A stretch of 11,840 nt of DNA from Tubiluchus corallicola (Eukaryota > Animalia > Priapulida): the NCBI GenBank assembly GCA_030141605.1, contig JAQGDQ010002519.1:1-11840 (forward strand), in the 5' to 3' direction. The notes below the pieces were generated by a model that did not search any database, had not been told where the DNA came from, and worked only from the letters and a program-made list of their open reading frames with translations. Of the stretch, positions 7,846 to 11,840 are shown in pieces. The translations under genes and the position numbers were made by a program. Each line of letters starts with the position of its first letter. Position 1 is the first letter of the stretch.

Positions 7846-8265
7846 AGTTTCATCTATTTCTACTTCTCCAGTCATTTCTTCTGTATGTTTTATGTTAAAA
7901 ACTGTTCTAACTCTTTGAAGTATAAACCACGCTGTTTTTGTGTTACATTAATATCTTTTGAAAGTTGCAAAGAAAATATACCCTTTTTATGAAAGGTAGC
8001 AAGATATATTGCTAAAAACCATTTTTGAAGGGGTATTTTAGCATCTTCAAAGATAGTTCTCGTTTTTACATTAAAGTATTTACCAGTATTTCTACATCTG
8101 TATCTATTGTTCTTACACTTATATACAGTTGAGGTGCTATCATAAGGAGAGACTACATTACCATTCCAAAGCCTTTTTTTCTAAATAATCAATACAAGTT
8201 TGTTGGTTAGAAAAGATTTGTATAAGTTCTAAGATAAATTTGAAGTTTGTATCTTTGTCGAACAT
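7843..8265 (-). pseudogene. IS1595-family transposase, N-terminal part, frameshifted twice and truncated after the first catalytic Asp motif
   Basis: Hand translation from ATG 8265: MFDKDTNFKFILELIQIFSNQQTCIDYLEK / extra base at the T7 tract 8174-8180 / RLWNGNVVSPYDSTSTVYKCKNNRYRCRNTGKYFNVKTRTIFEDAKIPLQKWFLAIYLATFHKKGIFSLQLSKDINVTQK / missing base at the T5 tract 7935-7939 / TAWFILQRVRTVFNIKHTEEMTGEVEIDETY. TIFE..KIPLQKWF, KKGI.S.QL..DI.VTQKTAWF.L.R.R and GEVEIDETY are IS1595 signatures. Absent from the ORF track. Confidence 0.9.
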
Positions 8266-8333
8266 AATTTTAAGTTTTAATTATAAAACAAAATAATACA
8301 TATTTACACAAAAGAAAATTATTTTTAATTTTT

Positions 8334-8358
8334 TGTGTAGAATTGATATATGATTACC
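8334..8358 (-). repeat. Candidate left terminal inverted repeat of the IS1595 element
   Basis: Minus strand GGTAATCATATATCAATTCTACACA, whose outer end is 93 nt upstream of the transposase ATG. It resembles the GGnnAT(T/C)AT ends I recall for ISNwi1-group IS1595 elements. No partner repeat found. Confidence 0.5.
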
Positions 8359-8429
8359 AAATTCTTTACAAAAAATAAAAGAAAACGGATGGGTAAAAAA
8401 TGAAATAACATACAGAAGACTAACAATAA

Positions 8430-9575
8430 ATGAGGACTCGTCTATTTTCTTGGAACAATAAATGGAATAATAAGATAGATAATATATTACTATCTGCTAA
8501 TTTTTTATACGCTGCTATTATTTTTGTATTTCTTTTTTCTTTACCCACTAGTGGTTTTTCTCAATTTTCGCAAGATTCTACTAAAAAGATAAATTTGGCA
8601 GCTATTCCTATTGTAAATTACGATCGTTCCTTAAGTCTTAACTTGGGAGCAATGGCATCTGTTTTTTATAAACTGAATGCTACAGATACAATTTCTCCTT
8701 CGTCTTCAACAGGTCTTATAGGAATGTATACTTTAAATAATACCTATTTTGCGTTTGCTTTTCAGAAGCTGTATCTTAATGAGGATAAATGGAGAGTAAA
8801 ATTTGGAATAGGAACTTTTAAAATATTTTTTCAATATTATGAAGATATTCCTCCTTTGGGAGGGATGTTTATTGATTATAACACAGAATTTAATTTTGTG
8901 TTTTTAGAAGCCCAACGTATGACTTTTAACTCCCTTTATTTGGGATTACATAGTCTTGTAGGAGAAATACGCACAGAATTTGATATAACAGACCCCATAA
9001 CAGGCGATAATAAAGTGGAAGAGAGTAGCCTTAACAATATAGGGTATTCCATTATGTATGATACTCGCGATAATGTAGTTAATCCTTATAAAGGAACAAA
9101 CTTGCTTTTTAAACATTCGTTTTTTAGGGACAGGATAGGTAGCAGTTATCGTTTTGATAAGTATGACATAACTTATGACAACTATTTTACAATAAAGAAA
9201 ACCAATCAAATATTAGCAACAAGACTAAGTGCTATTATTTCATCAGGAGATGTTCCCTTCGAATGGCAAAACACGGTAAACAGAAGCTTGAGAGGGTATA
9301 CACAAGGCAAACATAGAGCTAATCAAGTATATGCTTTAGAAGCAGAATACAGGTGGAATTTTTATAAAAAATGGGGGATAGTGGGCTTTGGAGGGGTAGC
9401 TACAGCTGTTGATAAAATTAACCAAGTACCTTCCAGTGAGCTTTTACCTGCTTTGGGGGTTGGGTTGAGATTCTTGATGATATCTTCGGAAAGAGTAAAT
9501 ATTGGGATTGATATAGCTAAAGGGAAAGACGACTGGGGTATATATTTTAGAATAGGGGAAGTATTTAGTCGCTGA
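8430..9575 (+). CDS. Omp85/BamA-TamA superfamily outer-membrane beta-barrel protein without POTRA domains
   Basis: Signal peptide ending GFS|Q, amphipathic beta strands, YDTRDN...PYKG, lid-loop LRGY..G, EAEYR, G.GLRF, and a C-terminal beta-signal IYFRIGEVF(SR). 381 aa leaves no room for POTRA repeats. Start codon uncertain. Confidence 0.85.
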   Translation: MRTRLFSWNNKWNNKIDNILLSANFLYAAIIFVFLFSLPTSGFSQFSQDSTKKINLAAIPIVNYDRSLSLNLGAMASVFYKLNATDTISPSSSTGLIGMYTLNNTYFAFAFQKLYLNEDKWRVKFGIGTFKIFFQYYEDIPPLGGMFIDYNTEFNFVFLEAQRMTFNSLYLGLHSLVGEIRTEFDITDPITGDNKVEESSLNNIGYSIMYDTRDNVVNPYKGTNLLFKHSFFRDRIGSSYRFDKYDITYDNYFTIKKTNQILATRLSAIISSGDVPFEWQNTVNRSLRGYTQGKHRANQVYALEAEYRWNFYKKWGIVGFGGVATAVDKINQVPSSELLPALGVGLRFLMISSERVNIGIDIAKGKDDWGIYFRIGEVFSR

Positions 9576-9677
9576 TTCTCCTATCCAATAAAAAAATAAA
9601 CAAGATGGCTGCAAACAATTTGATAATAACAACTATTTTTCTTCTCAATAAATACTTGTTTGTTTTCACTTTTTAGT

Positions 9678-9755
9678 TTATAGTTTTCATAGGTAAAAAG
9701 AATGATTCTATCGTTGTGTTGATTAAGTATATTCCTAAATTTTTGAAAACTATAA
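9678..9755. repeat. Perfect 12-bp inverted repeat with a 54-nt spacer
   Basis: TTATAGTTTTCA (9678-9689) and TGAAAACTATAA (9744-9755), between the convergent Omp85 gene and asnB. Confidence 0.6.
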
Positions 9756-9776
9756 TTTATTTGATTGCTTTTCTAT

Positions 9777-11360
9777 TTAATCTCCCGTATAAATATTCAA
9801 TATTCTTGCCGATGGGTCTTGTACATTGCCACTCCACTTGGGCAACCACTGGTAGGGAGTAAGATTGCTGTGTTTTCCATAACACTTCTCAAATGTCTTT
9901 CTGTAATAATAGCCCTCCTTAATCAAAGGAGGACAATGAGTATATTTCCCTTTATTTTTCGCAAATTCTTCATCTGTTATCAGTGTGTCTATATATTCCT
10001 GTATAATCACTGACCAAGAACGACCTTTATGACTTACAGAATCTGAAAAACCATTCTTACGTCTCCATAACACATCATCAGGTAGTAATTTACCATCGTC
10101 AAAGGCTTTACGTAGTAAATATTTTTCCATTCGTGTTTCGTCAAACATTCTATACTTCGGTGGAATACTCATATAATACCGTAAGTAATGTTTGTCGCTA
10201 AATGGCACCCTTGATTCTAATCCAGCTGATGATATACACCTATCACCTCTTTTCATATCGAAGTAATGAATATCCATCAACAAGCGAGTGGCCTCCTTTT
10301 GAAAAGCCTCTTCACTTGGTGCATTATGAAAATATAAGTAACTGCCATATTCGTCAGACGTTTCGCCAGAAAGCAACACCTTCACCTCTGAGTTTTCCCT
10401 CACCCAGTGAGATATAAGATAATGTCCTACAGATGCACGTACAGTAGTGACATCAAAAGATCCTAATGTGTATATCACCTTTTCTATAGCATCTAAAAAC
10501 TGTTTCTCAGTAAATACTACACTATGATGATGCGACCCAATATGATCGGCCACTCGTTGTGCTTTTTCTATATCAGGTGACCCCTCCAAACCTATGGCAA
10601 AGGTTTTCAAGTTGTGCGGATTATCAAATAACTTGGCAGTAATAGCACAAATCAAACTAGAATCTAAACCACCACTCAATAAACAACCTACTTCTCTGTC
10701 TGACATTAAGCGTTTCTTTACCGCATCTGTTAATATATTTCTAATATTAGCACATATTTTTTCTTCTGTATCATTATTGTATTCGAATTCAAAATGAAAG
10801 TAGCGATTAAACGTGTCTCGTTTATCGTCAGACCACCAATTGCCTGTTGGGAACTGTGATATATAATCGCAGAATACTAAAGATTTGGCTTCGCTTGCAA
10901 AGAAAAAATCATCTTTGTTTTTACACTTCCCGTAATACAACGGACGTACCCCAAGATGGTCGCGTGCAGCAAATATTTTATCTTTATCACCATCATACAG
11001 AATAAAAGCAAACTCCCCGTCTAGTTTATCTAAGGTTTTCTCTATCCCGTATTTTTTGTATAAGTGTAGTATTACCTCGCAATCGCTATGTGTTTGATAG
11101 TCAAAGTTGTTTTCCTTCACTTGTTCTTTGTAGTTGTATATCTCACCATTGCAGGTAAGCCACAAGTTATCCAGTTTAAGTGGTTGATTGCTTATATCAT
11201 CCAAGCCATTGATGGCCAGCCTATGAAAGCCAAATGTAAGTCCTTCTTTCACCTTTTCCACCTCCGTATCGTCAGGACCTCGTAGTTGTATTCTATCAAA
11301 ATAGGGCTGTAACTCGTCAAACTTAAAACTATTACCTATATGGGTAAATACTGAACACAT
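9777..11360 (-). CDS. asnB: Glutamine-hydrolyzing asparagine synthetase
   Basis: N-terminal nucleophile Cys2 (MCSVF), RGPD, FHRLAI, NGEIYN, SDCEVI, PP-loop LSGGLDSS, TTVRAS, SGE.SDE, E.RVPF.D, EKYLLRKAF, WRRK..FSD, DPSAR. Confidence 0.96.
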   Translation of the reverse strand: MCSVFTHIGNSFKFDELQPYFDRIQLRGPDDTEVEKVKEGLTFGFHRLAINGLDDISNQPLKLDNLWLTCNGEIYNYKEQVKENNFDYQTHSDCEVILHLYKKYGIEKTLDKLDGEFAFILYDGDKDKIFAARDHLGVRPLYYGKCKNKDDFFFASEAKSLVFCDYISQFPTGNWWSDDKRDTFNRYFHFEFEYNNDTEEKICANIRNILTDAVKKRLMSDREVGCLLSGGLDSSLICAITAKLFDNPHNLKTFAIGLEGSPDIEKAQRVADHIGSHHHSVVFTEKQFLDAIEKVIYTLGSFDVTTVRASVGHYLISHWVRENSEVKVLLSGETSDEYGSYLYFHNAPSEEAFQKEATRLLMDIHYFDMKRGDRCISSAGLESRVPFSDKHYLRYYMSIPPKYRMFDETRMEKYLLRKAFDDGKLLPDDVLWRRKNGFSDSVSHKGRSWSVIIQEYIDTLITDEEFAKNKGKYTHCPPLIKEGYYYRKTFEKCYGKHSNLTPYQWLPKWSGNVQDPSARILNIYTGD

Positions 11361-11406
11361 AATATTATAAAATGCTTTATTTGTTGAAAATTTTCTATTT
11401 ATTTTG

Positions 11407-11414
11407 CAAATATA
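11407..11414 (-). promoter_or_regulatory. Bacteroidota -7 promoter element for asnB
   Basis: Minus strand TATATTTG(CA), 46 nt upstream of the asnB ATG. Confidence 0.65.
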
Positions 11415-11530
11415 CGAAATATTTTTTATTTTTATTCGTTTTTTGCAATACGATTTTCAATCTGATTGATTTGTAGCTTTAATACCTAAGTTAGGCTGCA
11501 AAAGGAATAATTATCTATAAATTTTATACT

Positions 11531-11840
11531 ATGTTAGACAATACAGACAAGAAAATATTACAACTACTCGTCACCAATGCTAAGATGCCTTACAACAAAA
11601 TCTCTCAACAATGCAACATATCAGTATCAGCAGTGCATCAGAGAATTGCCAAACTTGAAAAAAAAGATGTTATTGCGGGATCTACTATCAATCTCAATCC
11701 ATTAGCTCTTGGTATCACTACTACAGCTTTTATAGGAGTGTTTTTAGAAAAGGGCAAATTATATGAAAAGGTAGTGAATGAGCTGAAAACAATAGAGGAA
11801 ATTGTGCAATGCTTTTTCACTACTGGGAAATATTCCCTAT
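11531..11840 (+). CDS. asnC: Lrp/AsnC-family transcriptional regulator, 3'-truncated by the window edge
   Basis: Hand translation: MLDNTDKKILQLLVTNAKMPYNKISQQCNISVSAVHQRIAKLEKKDVIAGSTINLNPLALGITTTAFIGVFLEKGKLYEKVVNELKTIEEIVQCFFTTGKYSL... N-terminal HTH plus the ligand-binding domain motif TTG.Y. Divergent from asnB across 170 nt. The family call is firm; the symbol rests on context. Confidence 0.9.
   Translation, partial: MLDNTDKKILQLLVTNAKMPYNKISQQCNISVSAVHQRIAKLEKKDVIAGSTINLNPLALGITTTAFIGVFLEKGKLYEKVVNELKTIEEIVQCFFTTGKYSL

Larger units (their letters stand above)
7549..8358 (-). mobile_element. Degenerate IS1595-family element with a probable RhuM passenger gene; distal boundary uncertain
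   Basis: Candidate terminal repeat at 8358-8334, then the transposase relic, then the co-directional RhuM fragment. No second terminal repeat or target-site duplication found. Confidence 0.7.

Noticed and set aside
7466-7846. 126-aa + strand ORF from the track
   Set aside because: It is the antisense shadow of the RhuM fragment and has no recognisable motifs.
8173-8179. A-AAA-AAG slippery heptamer in frame in the transposase, suggesting programmed -1 frameshifting
   Set aside because: A -1 shift gives GGC TTT GGA ATG GTA ATG TAG, which is the wrong frame. Restoring the transposase needs +1, and further lesions lie downstream.
120-11285. Other short nested or antisense ORFs (120-335, 933-1169, 1209-1505, 2015-2212, 2933-3190, 4140-4427, 4607-4807, 4920-5174, 8946-9209, 9444-9632, 9765-10013, 10202-10417, 10594-10797, 11088-11285)
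   Set aside because: All overlap well-supported long genes and show no family motifs.
11638-11820. 60-aa minus-strand ORF from the track
   Set aside because: It is antisense to the clear Lrp/AsnC gene starting at 11531.
1-11840. CRISPR array, tRNA, rRNA or riboswitch
   Set aside because: No regularly spaced repeats, cloverleaf or recognisable aptamer were seen by eye. A covariance-model (Rfam) scan was not possible.

Overview
AT-rich bacterial chromosomal window with Bacteroidota hallmarks: TAnnTTTG -7 promoter boxes, no obvious Shine-Dalgarno sites, and predicted signal peptides followed by Gln. Housekeeping genes on the left are menA (5'-truncated), mltG and a RecQ-family helicase. On the right, asnB is divergent from an Lrp/AsnC regulator that the ORF track missed (3'-truncated). 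Between them is an accessory-looking block: an orphan 1034-aa PL8 chondroitinase-ABC-like lyase, a decayed IS1595-family element, and a POTRA-less Omp85-type beta-barrel gene. In the IS relic, the transposase 5' half is joined in frame, by an apparent deletion, to the 3' end of a RhuM-family gene. The most notable signals are the IS1595-RhuM chimeric relic, an AsnB resembling animal-type ASNS more than E. coli AsnB, non-canonical active-site motifs in the lyase, and short gene stubs in most spacers. I found no intact new multi-gene system that I can defend. Family calls come from recalled motifs, not from searches.
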